From: Octopus sinensis
Taxonomy: Eukaryota
Reading direction: 5' to 3'
Length of the DNA: 64,000 bases
NCBI RefSeq assembly: GCF_006345805.1
Contig: NC_043021.1
Span: 25,296,001-25,360,000 of the forward strand
The notes beneath the pieces were generated by a model. The model was not told the DNA's origin. It saw nothing but the letters and a program-made list of their open reading frames with translations, and made no database searches. Positions 28,492 through 42,870 of the stretch are shown in pieces (the stretch's first letter is position 1; every line of letters starts with the position of its first letter). Both the position numbers and the translations under genes were made by a program.

Positions 28492-29338
28492 AAATCAAAT
28501 GTAAAAAGAACTTATATGTGTGTGTGTGTGTGCATCATGTGATTCACATGACTGACCAGGCTGTCAGATGTTGTCACACATCACCGATCACAATGTGCTT
28601 TTGCATTGTTTTAGCCTTCCAATAAAGCCATTTGGCTCTGTGCAACTTAGTTTCTTGGGTTCGTCAAATAAATCTAACTCATTAGGCTGCCTGACAAGCT
28701 AGGTTCATTTGATGAACTCCTGAAACTAATCTGCATGGAGCCATTTGCGTTTGGTGATGCAAATGGGAGAAATCCAACTCAAGAATCTGAGTACGGTAAT
28801 GCTTCAGTATATGAGTTTAGCTGTTCCTGGAGATTGCTTGTAAAGTGGAAGCTCGTAAAGCAGGGCAATAATTTCCCAAAGTAGCAATATTATAAATCGT
28901 AATTCGTTCCCAGAAAAATATTTTATCTATAAAATTCATAGTACTTGTAAATAAATGGCAATAAAACAACAGTAGAGTGTTAAGAATATCTTTTTAAGAT
29001 ATTCTTAAAAAGAATGTCAAGATCTTTTATAATAAAAAAAAATATTATAATCGTTTTCTGAATCACACTGACTCGCACACACCATCAACTGCAGATGTGG
29101 TTGCCAATTCACAAGCACTCATAGACAGACTTGTAGATTTCTTTTTAAAAAACAAGTCTAGAGTTATTTGCTTAGAAGAAGCTTTTTTTTTACTTTCTAT
29201 AAATTTTTTGGTAACACATGGAAGCATTTGTTATGGTAGTAGAAACTTTTGCATTTCGTTAAGAATTTGGATCTTGTGCTTGAAAAATTTATTATAAAAC
29301 TTGTAAACCTAGGGTCACGTAAAGTGGGTCCTCGTATG

Positions 29339-29370
<32 letters not shown>

Positions 29371-29722
29371 ATATATATATATGTGCGTGGATGTAGCTAT
29401 GTTGTAAGAACTTTGCTTCCCAACCATATGGTTTTGGGTTCATTTCCACTGCAAGGCACCTCAGGCAGGTGTCTTCAATAACTCAAAGCTAAGACAGGAA
29501 GCTTGTTGTGTGTTAGTGTCTTCTTACCTTGACGTCATGTGATCATGTCACTGTCATGAAGTTTCCAGTACTTTGTGAAAACATGTCTGGTTATGGGGAA
29601 ATATTATCTTATTTGAAAACGAGTATGGGTTGATGGCAGGAAGCACATCCAGCAGTAGAAAATCCAACTCAATGAATTCCATCCAGCTCATGCAAGCGTG
29701 AGAAAGTGCATATTAAAATGAT

Positions 29723-29755
<33 letters not shown>

Positions 29756-30419
29756 TTTGCGTGTGTGTCTACATGTTAGTATGCAAAAAAGAACATATAG
29801 GGGACAGAAAATGCTTTGCAGTGTTTGTTCCAGTTCCACGGTCTGAGTTCAAATCCTGCCAAAGTCTACTTTATCTTTTATCTTTTCGAGGTCAGTAAAA
29901 GTACCGGTCAAGTACTGGGATCAACGGTATCACTTAACACCCTCCCCCCTCTACTGGCCTAGTACTAAATTGCGAATCTTCATTTTCATATAGGAAATCC
30001 CAACTGGCCTCCAAATTAAGCGCAACTTCCACAACCTTCTAACTTCTCTGTTGTTTGAAATTAATTTCTGCTGAGTTGTCCAACTGAGACATTCTTGCCA
30101 AAGCTTCCTTCAAGCGCATTCATCAAGTTCTTCCCTTAATTAATTGCTGCCAAGTAATCTCCCACTTTCTCCTCTTCATTTGCCTGTCTTAACAATGGCA
30201 GCCACAGTTGTGTCCGTGTGGTTCTGCTAACCAAAACGTTTGATTCCCCCCACCACTGTTAAGCCATTCTCAATTTCCTTCTGCTCTGCCGTTTATTTTT
30301 ACTACATTTTGCTGCCACACATGTTGGTGATGGTGATATTTCTGGTGGTTATTGGTTTCATTAGAGACGGATTATTTTAAAATTGTTTTCATTTCATTCT
30401 CAAAGTTCCATAGATATGT

Positions 30420-30635
30420 GGTTAGAATACTGCAGGTAAGGATCTTAAGACAGATTCTTCAAGCTGAGCCAATTGGCAGGAGACCCGGAGGTGGGAAGAC
30501 CAAGAATGAATTGGTTGGATAATATCCAGCTGGTTGCAAATGGTTGGAATCCAGAAGGAAAATGCAATGACAGTTGTTTCTGATTGGACTTTATGGAAAA
30601 GGTGCCTGAGGAATCCCCACCCCCAGGAATAGTGG
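30420..30635 (+). mobile_element. Decayed RTE LINE 3' fragment
   Basis: LRQILQAEPIGRRP / GRPRMNWLDNI across a frameshift, matching the RTE 'G.R..GRP...W.D' motif. Confidence 0.55.
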
Positions 30636-33270
30636 GTGATGAAAATGGATGAATATATATAGGAAACATTACTAGTTTTTGTCTTTCAATCAATTTGGAC
30701 CCCTTTGCATAATAAATTTCACAGGTTTTGATTTTTTTTTACAATATTTCACCCCCCCCCCCACATCTGATTAGTTTTGTTTAATCTTAACCTTTAACCT
30801 CGTAATTAATCTAGCCTTTTACAAAAAGAAGGATCAACTGACGATCCACATCTTCACCAAACTCTTCTTTTATATTACTTCAGCCCATGTACTGCAAAAT
30901 CAGCTGAAGTTTGGGGTAACTGAAAGCACCAACTGTCCCTTTGTCTAATTTCCAGTCTTAAGGACCAGCACCACAAGTTGCCGACATCATTCCAAATGTC
31001 TCTGAGATATTTTTTCCCCTATTAGGATTGCTTTAATTTCTCTGTTTTAGTTTGAAATGTCTACGTAGTGGGATTGTTGTTTGCTGGCATTTTTCCACCA
31101 CCAATTGGGAGAGATATGCATATTTTCTTCCCACATATTTCATATTTTTTTCTTTTACATAGGGGGGGAGGGTCTTGATAAGGTCCACATCAACCAAGTT
31201 GATGTTGCTACAGTTGCATCTGGTATCGTCAGCCCCACCGTCCCCTCAAACATCTATTTACAGAATGACACTAATGGCATTACCAGTGATTTCGCTGCTG
31301 TTAGACACACAGCCTGGGTTGCTGTTGTTGGTGCTGTAGCTATTGTTGTCGTCTCTAATAATATTTACTCATAAGAGAACTGCATCTGTCCTCATTTATC
31401 ATGGAGATTAGGTCCCCTCCTCCACCCATAAAAACCCTACAGTGATAAATGAATCGTTCCATGCACTTTGTCAAGGCAACAAGTGATAGTCATTGAAACC
31501 AAACTCGCAGCCCACAGCAGCGAGGCTTTCTTTGTCACGTATTTTCTGGATCATTTCTGCCTTTTCCTGTGCAGAATAAACTTGTTTGCATCATTTTTAC
31601 GGATCAGGCACTTCCATATTTTGTCTCTTCACTGGTCCCATCTTGATAGACACAAGTTCACAAATCCGTATAAAAAACACATCCTTGTGGCACAGTCACG
31701 TAAAAACAAGCAATAGCTGGTGCATTGAGGGTAGCTGAGGATTGTGGGTGGTTACTGGGGTACCTTTTTGTGGTACAAGCAGAATCTTCAGCTGATTGCC
31801 AACTCATGTTACTACAGATCAATCTGTGGTTCACAACTCGTTTCAAGTGATGAGGTCACATGTCTCATTATGTCTGCAACTTCCTGCTTTGTCTGTCTGC
31901 TACCGTCTCTTCCTATGTCAACTCCCACTACTACTTCTGGCTTCTTATCAGGGCTGACAGTTTTGAAGGAAAAAAGAAACCCTTTAGGGACCAAATCACA
32001 AACACACTACTGAAGAACTCTGTAAAAGCTTTGTAGTTATAGAAATTCTACCATAAATGAAATTTAGGAATAATCTTGCATTGCCCATTGGTTCTTTATT
32101 TTTTCTTCTAGCCTTTCTTTTTTTTTTTTATCTGTTATACGTTTCAAGCATTGGAATGTGGTCATACTGGGGCACCACCTTGAAAGATTTTAATCAAACA
32201 AATTGATCCCAGTTCTTATTTGTTTTGAAGTCTGGTGCCTATTCTATAGGTTTATTTTGCCAAAACCAGTATTACAGGGATGTAAACAAACCAACACGGG
32301 TTATTAATCAATTAAAAGGTGGGGACAAACACCTGCGTATGCACCCCCTCCTGCCCACATATGAAGGGCTTGCACACAATTTCCATCTGCTAAATTCACT
32401 CAGGAGTCATTGGTTGGCCCAGGGCTATAATAGAAAACATTTACCCAAGGTACCATGCAGTAGGACCGAACCTGGAACCACATGGTTGCTTAGTGAGCTT
32501 CTTAACAACCACACAGCTCTCCTCAAAACGCACCAACAAATTTATCGTTTTTTATTTTATTATTTTGGATTTAGATTAACCATTAATCAACAAATCCATA
32601 TTTTCATTTCGATGTCAGTGAAAGTTGATTTACAAACGAATAATAAATAATGTTGAGTATTTTAGAAAGATTCCAACACACACACACACACACACACAGC
32701 TCCTGTTGACACTAAAGTGTTGTCACTTCATTTATTGACACCTCCTTGGAATTGCCATTATATATATATATATATATATATGGCTGTATGTCCTCACTGA
32801 AATAATTTGTCAACATCACTCTTCATGCCGCCTTGCCATTTTTCTCCTTTTCTTTCTTCTTTCTAGAACTGACATTGTGTTCATTGTAGAACATGTGAAG
32901 TTTCTGCTTGTCTTATGTTGAATAATGAAGTCATTTCCTAAATAAATGACAATGCTTTTTAACAAGGTTACGCAATTGTTTTTTGAGGAGGGTCAACCTA
33001 GTTGACCCCCAACACTTGAATAACGCTCGGCTTAGCATCAACTACTGAAGGACTCAAAAGCAAGGTCTTTTCTTATTTAACCCTGGCAGAATTTGTCTCG
33101 TGTGACGAATTCTGCCAAGAGATGGAACTAACAGATTCTGCTTTCAAATCTCACTGTAAGTTTTGAAATAAGTGGTCAGACCAACCTTTTGGAATTAGAA
33201 GAAAGCAAATGGTCAGAGCTGCATGCAACTTGAGTTATGACTGAGTTGGGGTCATAATTATTTCTACTCT

Positions 33271-33450
33271 TGGGGAAAGGGACTAGTTGGTTACATCGAC
33301 TCCAGTGCACAACTGGTACTTAATTTATCGACCCCAAAAGGATGAAAGGCAAAGTTGACCTCAGCGGAATTTGAACTCAGGACGTAAAGGCAGACGAAAT
33401 ACCACTAAGCATTTTGCCTGGTGTGCTAACAATTCTGCCAGCTTGCTGCC
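33271..33450 (-). mobile_element. SINE family B
   Basis: Same head and body as 14303-14531. Confidence 0.78.
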
Positions 33451-34728
33451 TTTGAGTGGGTGTCGTAATGCAATCTCGTGGACCTGCCCGCCCACCCTCA
33501 GTTCAGCACTCCGCCACTTTTCCTTATGCGTTTTCTTTCTCTGTCACTCTCTCTCTCCCCACCTGAAGTAGCTAGGTTCCCCCCAATACAAAACTCCATT
33601 TTGCTCTCCCTCAATAGTACTACCCCCCCCCTCTGTTGAAGGGGTCTTGTCTCACTGATGCTGCTGCTACACTCTGTAAAATGGTTTGCATTAAGGAGGA
33701 CATCCAGCTATAGAACCCATACCAAAGTAGATGGCAGGGTTTGGTGCAGCCTCCTGATTTGCCAGTTCCTGTTGAACCATTCAACCCATGCCAGCATGGA
33801 AAAGGGATGTTAAATGATGATGAGGATGATGCACACACCGTCTTCGTTATCATTTAATGACCCTGTCCCTTTCTGGCCATGGGTTGGACAGTTGGCAATG
33901 GAGTCCAAGGACTGGATCGACTTCCTGTGTCTGCTTTGACATGGTATCTGTCTATGGCTGGATGCTCTTCCTAATGCCATAATTAACTAATTAACACATC
34001 TTAATTCACTTTGATGTCATGCGTGTTTGCCTTTTCACATAACTGTTTGCAGACTATTGTTATAGGTGAGGAGGTTGGGAGGGAGGCAGAAGAAAAGGTT
34101 GTGGTACAGCGGTGGGTATCTTGTGAACAATTAAACTGCAAAATCTTCCATAGGACAGAATATAAACATGATGAGCTTCTTTCAGTTTCCCTCTGCCAAA
34201 TCCACTCACAAGGCTTTGGTCAGCCTGTGGCTATAGAAGACACTTACCCAAGATGTCATACAGTAGGATTGAACCAGAAACCACATGGCTGGGGCAGCAA
34301 ACTCCTCAATCATGCAGCCACACCTGCACCTATGTTCCTTTCTTCTTTTAATCCCAAATCATCAAAGAACTGTCAGTTTTTTGCCACACTGGAACCCAAG
34401 ATAATTATTTAGTAAGCACCGAGGTAGACATGGACACAGGTTTAGTTTCCAGTTGTATTTCATATTATTTAATATCCATTGGAAAGACAAGATCCGAGGA
34501 CAAAAGGCGAAACAATTGATACCACCACCATCATCATCATCACCATCATCCTGTCAGAGAGTAAATAAATATTTGGCCTATATTTTAGGATTAAGTATTT
34601 TTTTTTTTAAGTGGCATCTTGTTGCAAGAAACTGACTTTATTTTTTCTGAGGCATTCTTTAAAAAGTTAAGATTTTTACACTTATATACTTTTTTTGTCA
34701 GAATATTTTTATCTATATTTTTGAGGGT

Positions 34729-34838
34729 AAATAATAATAACAATAATAATAATAATAATAATAATAATAATCATAATAATAATAATAATCACAATAATAA
34801 TAATCATAATAATAATAATGATTATCATAATAATAATG
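34729..34838. repeat. (AAT)n/(AATCAT) microsatellite
   Basis: Read directly from the sequence. Confidence 0.95.
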
Positions 34839-37800
34839 GTTTGAAATTTTGCCACAAGGGCAGTCATTTTGTGGGAAGGGGATGAGTCGATTACATTGAG
34901 CCCTAGTTTCAGTGTCTGAATCTGGGGTCATCACTTTTTGACTGTCAATTTTATTCTCTCCCTTCTCTTCTTCTCTCTGTCCTTTCTCTCCCTCCTCCCT
35001 TCTCCCTTCTCTTATCTCCTTCTCACTGTCTTTTCTCCTTCCTTCTCTCTCCCTTTCTCCTCTCTCTTTTCTCTCTTTCTTTCTCTCCTCACCCTCCCTC
35101 CTTCTTTCCTCTCCCCACCTCCTCCATCCTTTCTCTCTCCTCTTTGTATCAAGCTACTTTGCTTTCAACCTCCACTTCATCTCCCCTCTTTCCACTCCCC
35201 CCTCTATCTTCTTTAGCTGCTCCTCCATTATCCGTCCTTCTTCCCCCCCACCATTTCTCTCTCCTCCCCACATCCCTCAGCCTTGCTTTTTCTCCTTTGC
35301 TTAAAACCAGTTAAAGTTTCCAGACATTTACAAACCTTCATTAAAACTACGACAATCTTAATCTTTCTCTCTTTTCTACCAATTTACAATTTTAGGCATT
35401 TTTCTTTCCTTTTGTTTTTCTCTTTTTTTTGTGAATATTTTTCTTATTTATTGGTTCTATGCAATAAATAACACAAAAAAGTATTTTTTTAAGGTGGTAA
35501 AACCAGCTCGCTTGGTTAGGTTGTGTTTAATCTGATTTAAGGAGATTATGTAGCCAAGTGACAAGTCAAAAGATTAGCACTAGCAAAGGATCAACAATAA
35601 TCACAACACAAATAATCCTCCATGAATTTGTGTGTGATTGTGTTTTTATACATATGTGTGTGTGTATATGTATGTGTCTGTGTGTGTCTCTATGTGTGTT
35701 TATGTGTGTGTGTGTGTGTGTCTGTCTGTCTATAGGTGTGTCTATGTATGTATATGTATCTGTCTGTATGAATGTATATGTCTGTGTATGTGTGTGTGTG
35801 TATGTCTATATGTGTCTGTGTGTGTCTGTGTATATGCATGTGTCTATATGTGTGTCTATATGTATGTATATGTTTCTGTGTATATGTGTGTGTCTATGTG
35901 TGTGTGTGTATATATATATAGTGAATATTTTTTATGTTTTTTTTTTGTTTTTGTTGTTTTCCTCCCACTGTTAACCCGTATTAAAGCAGGTTGAGAGGCT
36001 TAAAATATTTTTGAGCTAATGAAGTTTCGTAGTTGAGAATTACCTGTTTATGTCATGTTGTTGTTGTTGTTGTTAATGGTGTGTGTGTGGGGGGGGGGCA
36101 AGGTTAGTTGTGTTTGTTGTGGATTTATTTCGTTGTATTACCAACATAACCTTTCCCTGTGACATTGGTCATTGATGTGAATGGTGTGGCTCTGTTGACC
36201 CTGACTCAATTTAAACATTGTTACCAGCTTTTGCATGTGTGTGCATGTGTATCCCTGTATTTAGTAACCCCTTTTATACCAACCCACTTGAGACTACCCC
36301 TTTGGTGCTAATGATAAAACTTCCCATTCTAAAGGGATCTAAAAATCTTCCATCAAAATTTCCATGTTATATTCCAAACACTGTCTGTGTGTTTCTATAT
36401 GTGTGTTTATGTGTGTGTGTGTGTGTGTGTCCATATGTGTGTCTATGTATGTATATGTATCTGTCTGTGTATGTGTGTGTGTGTATGTCTATATGCGTCT
36501 GTGTGTGTCTATATGTGTGTTTGTGTGTGTGTGAGTGTGTGTGTCTGTCTATATGCATGTGTCTATATGTATGTATATGTTTCTGTGTATATGTGTGTGT
36601 CTATGTGTTTAGGTTTTTTTTTTACTAAATTCTTCAATTCTTTGAAAATTAATTGAAGCCAAGTTAAAGAACTTCAACAGAGATATGATAACAGAAGGCT
36701 TAAAGAATGGTGCAGTTTATTTGTCTTACAAATCTAAAGAGTCAGAAATGGAGCTGTACAATTGACGCAGGGTTGAGGTACTTAGGGATTAATTATTTGG
36801 CAGGAACTTGTGGAATGATGACTCCTTTGAAAAGGTGGTCTTTGAACAAAGAACTGCTGCTATATGGCTATCTTTATATTTTTGCCATTTTCCTTGTTTA
36901 TAATTCAAATGGATCAAAGAGGTTTTCATCTCGTGCTTTTCAGGATTAAAACATATTCAACCCTGGACAACATAAGATTGAATTATGACTGGATTTGAGG
37001 AATATTGGGGATAATTTGGATAGATTTTAGAATATTGAGGAGTCTAAATTTTTAGACTTATCCAAATTATTATTTTCCAAGTGTTTTGTGTCTAATATTG
37101 ACCATGGGTTTCTTCCACTAATAGTTCAAGTACAATTTTGTTTATGTTAAAAAAAGGATTTTAACCATCATATTCTGGTTTGTTGTTGTTGTTTTAGGTC
37201 TTTTTTTGTGGGGCTTTTTTCCCTCTAAATCATTTAGACATAAATCTATAATTCATTCTAATCCCTTTCTCACATTAGTTCACGATTCACTAATTTGTAT
37301 GGGAGGGCTGTATCAAATTAATTCCACTTAATAAAAGTGTGAAACCAAATATTAGAATGTATTTTATCTGATCGTTTACCATTTCTGCAGAAGAAAATCA
37401 TCCTAGTCAATAATGTAGAAGTCTGTGAAATCCTGTGCCAAGATGTAACTTCACATAACTAATTACAATCCATAATCCCAAATTCACCAAGTTCTTCACA
37501 TGTAGCAATACAAACAAAGAACACTGTCAAACCACCACATGTGGAGGAAGTCACCCTTTATCTTTAAATCATTAAAAAGGGTGTATAATTCTTAAAAGAC
37601 AGGTACGCTGTAATTACTGCCTGAACCTGGCCAACATATCTTCATGATGAACATAAAGATTAGTCAGGTGTTTTGTGATTTTGTATCTCAAGCCCTTCAT
37701 TAATTCACTCTGCTCCCCAGACACTGGAAGAATCTCTCATCCCATTTGAGATGTAACAAACAATTTCGTTCTTCACTTTAGAATGAACCATGTTTTAATC

Positions 37801-37924
37801 TGCTGAAATCTACAAAAAATTGTGGATAAATGAAATTGGCAGCCTTCATATTCCAATGTCCTTTTGTTGGGAGAAAGATAATGGGAAAATGCCAACATGA
37901 AGAATATGAGCAACAGAATAATCT

Positions 37925-38220
37925 GTGACAATTGGAGACGTCTTTGCTATTATTTGCTGGTAAAACCTTTTGTGAAAATCCTTTTGAATCGTCTAAAAAC
38001 ATCCCCAAATCCTTGCTGAAATGTGTTCTTTTGGTAGAAGTGCCAAAGGCCTGATATTTTGTTTGTGAGGGTTTTGGTAAAACTACATTGAATAGTACAT
38101 ATCATTGTATTTAGGGACTTCACTAAAGTTTTCAGCATTGTTGGAACCAAGTTGTGGAAGTTGCTGAAAACTTTCAGGCGTTTTGGTAATTCATTAAAAT
38201 GATACAAGTTCTCCACATCT
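37925..38220 (+). mobile_element. Decayed RTE reverse transcriptase fragment
   Basis: Broken translation SLLLFAGKTFVKILLNRL ... YIIVFRDFTKVFSIV ... KLWKLLKTF ... FIKMIQVLH, corresponding to RT motifs 'GISLLS..GK' and 'F.D..KAFD.V'. Confidence 0.7.
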
Positions 38221-40449
38221 CAGACCCAATGTATCGTCCTGGCCCTTTCATCTTGCATTCTGTTCTACCATACAAAGTCGTGAGCAGATGATCTGAGTTT
38301 TTATTTCTTAACTTTCAACATAGTGAAACATTACACACGCATTATATGAGGCGTTGGTTTGAAATAGAATTTTATGAAGGGAGACTTCAAAAATGTATCT
38401 CGATAGGAACATAATGGCATATTTACTCTGTGTCAGGACATTGTCTCTCCTCGCATCAAAGGAGTAGTTTTGCACAATAACACAATCAAAATCCTCAAAA
38501 TTGCTCCAATTGTCATAACCTTTGATCTCTTTTGGTGTTTAATATAACGAAACCCTGTCTTAGCCGTCAGGCTGTCTCTACATACTTTAAAATAATTCAG
38601 CTCTGCCCAGCTCCCCTCTATGGAACGATGCACAGACATTCCTAGGTTGCATCAAGCACAAAGGAGGAGGAGGAGGAGGCCTTCTGACTGACATATTCCA
38701 ACCATTTAGTCTTTACGTGTCAAGTCTTTTACAGCCATTGCTTTAATAGGTTCCGCTCTGCCAAATAAACTGTGTTCCACCTCAACTCAAGCTCTCTTGT
38801 AAAATTATTTAGATATTTTCATCAGGTCACAGTGAGAAAAATGTACAAGTTTTTCATCCCAAGCTTTGTGGGTTTTTAGGCTTTTCACCATATTTGATGC
38901 TGGTTACTGGTAGATTTAGTTGTTGTTGTTAAGCTTTACATTGGTCCTTGATGGAGTAGAGCTCTGATCAAAAACTATTCAAGCAATGACCGTCATACGT
39001 TTTTGTTTTGTTTTTTTATGATTGTAGGTTGTGATTAGAGGGAGATCTGGCTGCTATTTTTAGCAGGTTTGAGCAACCATTCAGTCTCCCTCTTTGGCTT
39101 GATTTGGTTATGTCTAACAGAATGTGAGAAAGCAAAACTTCAGCTGCATCATAACTGATAATGAATTCTCCCTCCTCCCCCTCCCTCTCACTGCCGCCGC
39201 CACCGCCATCCAAAAAGGTGGGGTGGGGCACAGGTGAGGAACAGGTGAGAATGTCAGTAGATGAGTAGGTAGTTTGAGAAAAGTGTGTTGGTGTCTGCAG
39301 GTGAAGGTTAATTAACGAGTTGATTGATATTAAATGAGGGACAGCAGTAGTTGTTGTTGGGGGTGGGGGTCTACGGTCATAGATGGAAGGGCCTTTGCTG
39401 GATTGTCTAGATGTAAGGAGACTTGTCAGAAATGGTAGAATGTTAAGAAATGCGTAAAACCATAGCAAGATGGTTAGGAAATGAAAATAAGGAATTGAAG
39501 AGAGAGAGAAAGAGAGAGAGTAATGAATGACAGGTGGAAGGAGAATAGGAAGAAATTACAGGTGAAAGAAAAGAAGGAAGGAAGTGTGAGTGTTCAGTGT
39601 GTTGTTGCTACAGTTTCACAGGCAAAAACAACAACAACAACGACACCCACAGACATTCTCTGCACTTCCTAAAGATACTCTTCTCTTTGCAGCAGGTATT
39701 TTCAGCCAATATGCCACAAGATACCTGCGTGCTACGTATCATCCACAGGTGTGCCTGTGAGGGTTTTTTTTGTTTTGTTTTGTCTTTGTTGTGGAGGCAA
39801 CATGGGAAAAATGACGCTTTATTTAGAAAACTTGGGCATTGAATTAGTTTCAAATCTGCTGCTGTTCAGGTGGGGGTGGGTGGGTGGGGTGGGGGTCTTT
39901 TTGCGTCGGTGAATTGTTTCTGTCTTATTATAATAATCTCTGTTACTAAAATAACATTATGTGCATCTCTCTTTCTCTCTCTGCGTCACATTTTAACCTT
40001 GAACTTGACCTTCAACAATAATTTTAACTCCATTTACCCTTGACATGCAATGAGGTGGGTGTGTGGGAAGAAGAGGAGGAGGAGATTCTGAGAAATAAAA
40101 TAATTTACTTTGATGTTTCCCTCTTTGCTGTTGCTCCCATTTTATTTTATTTACTCTGCACTTTGGGTGCATCAGAGCTGCTGTTTTCGGTACATCAGAG
40201 CTGCTGTTTATCTTTGGTGGAAATGTTGCTTCATATTCGTTTCATAGTCATTATGACATCTTCTCAATACAATCTGAGAGATTCTATCACCACTGAAAAA
40301 CCATTCATCTTTTGTGCTTGTCACCCCACCCCCTCTATGTTGATGTGGTGTTATTTTTCTCTCTTTCAAGAAATATTTCTTATTATTTACTTGGAAGCTC
40401 CCAAGTCTTTGAGACGCTTGAGGCAGTCAAAGTTTGTTCCTCACTTCTC

Positions 40450-40810
40450 TCAATGCATCATTCCATATTCTGTCAATCATGTCTCTGTTGTTTGTTTGGT
40501 GCCAGTTCATCTTTGGGCGCCCTCTCTGTCTCTTTGCACAGGTTTCCCACTGAAGGACTTGCTTGGTGAGTCCTTCGCATGACCTAGCCACCTCAGATGC
40601 CATTTGCATACCAAGTTGGACAAAGCTTGTTGATTGGTTTGTTGTCATGCTTCTTGATCGGTAACAAAGTCACTTTGCTTTGATGCCAAGAATTCTATGT
40701 ATACCTCTGCTGTCAAAGATATCCAATCTCTTTTCAAGGCTGATTTTCATCTGCCATGGTTTTCACCTATAAATAAAATTGGCAGCACATTGTTGTTGTA
40801 GAACCCAAGT
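40450..40810 (-). mobile_element. Decayed RTE LINE 3' fragment
   Basis: VLPILF..., KRLDIFDSRGIHRILGIK, LVCKWHLRWLGHA, KQVLQWETCAKRQRGRPKMNW in shifting frames. Confidence 0.75.
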
Positions 40811-41486
40811 ATTGAACTTAGGGATAACATTTTGCTCCTCCAGATCCTTAGAAAACAAGGAACACAGTTTTAAATAACAATCCATTGTAAGCTGATAAAA
40901 TTAATCCTTATTAAACATCTGGACATCTTTTGGCCCTCACTTGATTCCTTGAGGGTCCTCCCAGATATATCACTATCATTCTTATCTCTTTCCTGCTCCA
41001 CCCCAGTCACTCTCCCCTTTCTTCTAAAATATGAGTAGTTTGGTGGCCCTTAAAAGCTGGAAACTTGTTCTGCTCTGATCTCATCTCTCATACTTTAGCC
41101 CCTTCCTAGCATAAAGCCCCTTCTCCAACCCTTCAAGGTTTGTAGCCTTGCAAGCTGTATGACACCCTCACTAGTGCTGGTGGCTAAAAAAAAAAGCTCC
41201 CAGTCCATGCTGTAAAGTGGTTGCCATTAAGAAGGGCATAGAAGCTATGCCAAAGCAGACACTGGAACTTGGACACATCGCTGTAAAGTGGTTGCCATTA
41301 AGAAGGGCATAGAAGCTATGCCAAAGCAGACACAGTCCTTGGACACATCGCTTCCCGTCCAACTGTCCAACTCATGCCAGCATGGAATACGGACATTAAA
41401 TGGTTATGATTAAGAATAAAACGAGACCTTTGGAAAGAAGAAAGATGGGGAAAGGATAGACAAAAACACTATTACACAGAGAAGGG

Positions 41487-41518
<32 letters not shown>

Positions 41519-42488
41519 AGGGAGAAAGTAAAACTGGGAAAGTGAAAACTGGGTGACAATTCTAGAATCTGAAAATGAAGAAAAGCAACTGAAAAAGTTT
41601 AAGTTGAATCAGGTTAATAGGTTTTCACAATGGAACAAGAATTCTTGTAAGTTATTTCTATGAATGCATGAGTAAAGGTGACAGAGGAAACAGGTCTCAT
41701 TGTGTTGAGAATTAAAGCCAACTCTCTGGCATTGTTCTACCATTCACTCTTTACAATGTTTGTAGTTTCCAGTTCAAGTGACTTTCACAATGACACCCAA
41801 GAAAGCAGCTCAGTGTAAGTCAGCAAAGAAACTAGGTCTGTTCTTTTCTCAACTGATCCATTTATGCTTGGACAACAAAAAGCAAAGATATTTTGCATGG
41901 TGTTCACAATCAGCTGCAGTTCTCATGATCTGTTGTGAATAGTATGCATAGACAACTGTGCCGGGCCGTGCTCCTGACATGCCAAGAAGTATTGGGTTTC
42001 TCTGTTCTGGCAAAACAACCCTGGAATTGTTTTTACACACAGTTTCCCTCATGGAGACAACATAATTCCAAAATCATTAATCTCTGAAAACACACACACA
42101 CACGAGAGAGATGGCTTGTGTAGTTAATTCTATCAAGAGTTGACTATGAAAATGAAGGTTGTTTTTTTTTTTCTCCCTCTGTTCTTCCATGGAAGTGACT
42201 CACACAAAAGTGAGGTACTTCCTGTAGGGTGGGAATGGGGTGTGCTTGCCAGGTTTTATAAATTTCTTCTCCATTTGGTCACATGTGGAATATCTAAGTT
42301 GGTTGACTTGCTTTTATGATGAGACACGGTGTTATGAAGTTGTATTCTTCGGACATTCTCCAATTATTCAGAACAGTCAGCAAGAACAGAAATGATCTGA
42401 ATTGTACAAACAAAATTATGTTTTCGGAGAAGATTCTAGAAAATTGAAAGTAAAAAGTATTTCAGCTTTTGAATTAATTCTACAAAAT

Positions 42489-42870
42489 TTGTCTTTGTTG
42501 AGTAAAAATATTAACAACTATTTTCCATTAGTTGATGTAATTTCCTCAGATTGAGAAATAAGTAAAATCCACTTCTTTTCTGAAGATGTGGAATTGACAA
42601 CAATTGAAAGTGACAGGTGACTCAAAGAGCAGAACTTGTCAACAGAAATAATCGGATTCTGGTTTTCTCTCTCCGACAACTCTCCATCCCTCCTCCTCCT
42701 CCTCCTGTCACCACAGTGAAAGTTATTAAAAGTTCTTGTTCCTTTCTCAATTCACGTCTTTGTGAAACTAGTTTCTCTTCTCTGAACATGACTAAGAACA
42801 GACAGATGGCAGTTTCAAACACTGAAGGAAGAAGGTTTCGTCAGTATTTTCAATCTTGGTCAAATGATGT
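42489..42870 (+). mobile_element. Decayed hAT (Charlie/Buster-like) transposase C-terminal fragment
   Basis: LSLLSKNINNYFP ... ELTTIESDR*LK..IIGFW ... KVLVPFS / LCETSFSSL resemble the hAT dimerisation domain (K.LLPF.STYLCE.GFS.L); stops and frameshifts present. Confidence 0.55.

Noticed and set aside
40040-40582. ORF containing RRLRQSKF as a possible alternative coronin first exon
   Set aside because: Similarity stops after SKF (no RHVFG), and the region is the antisense strand of a decayed RTE fragment.
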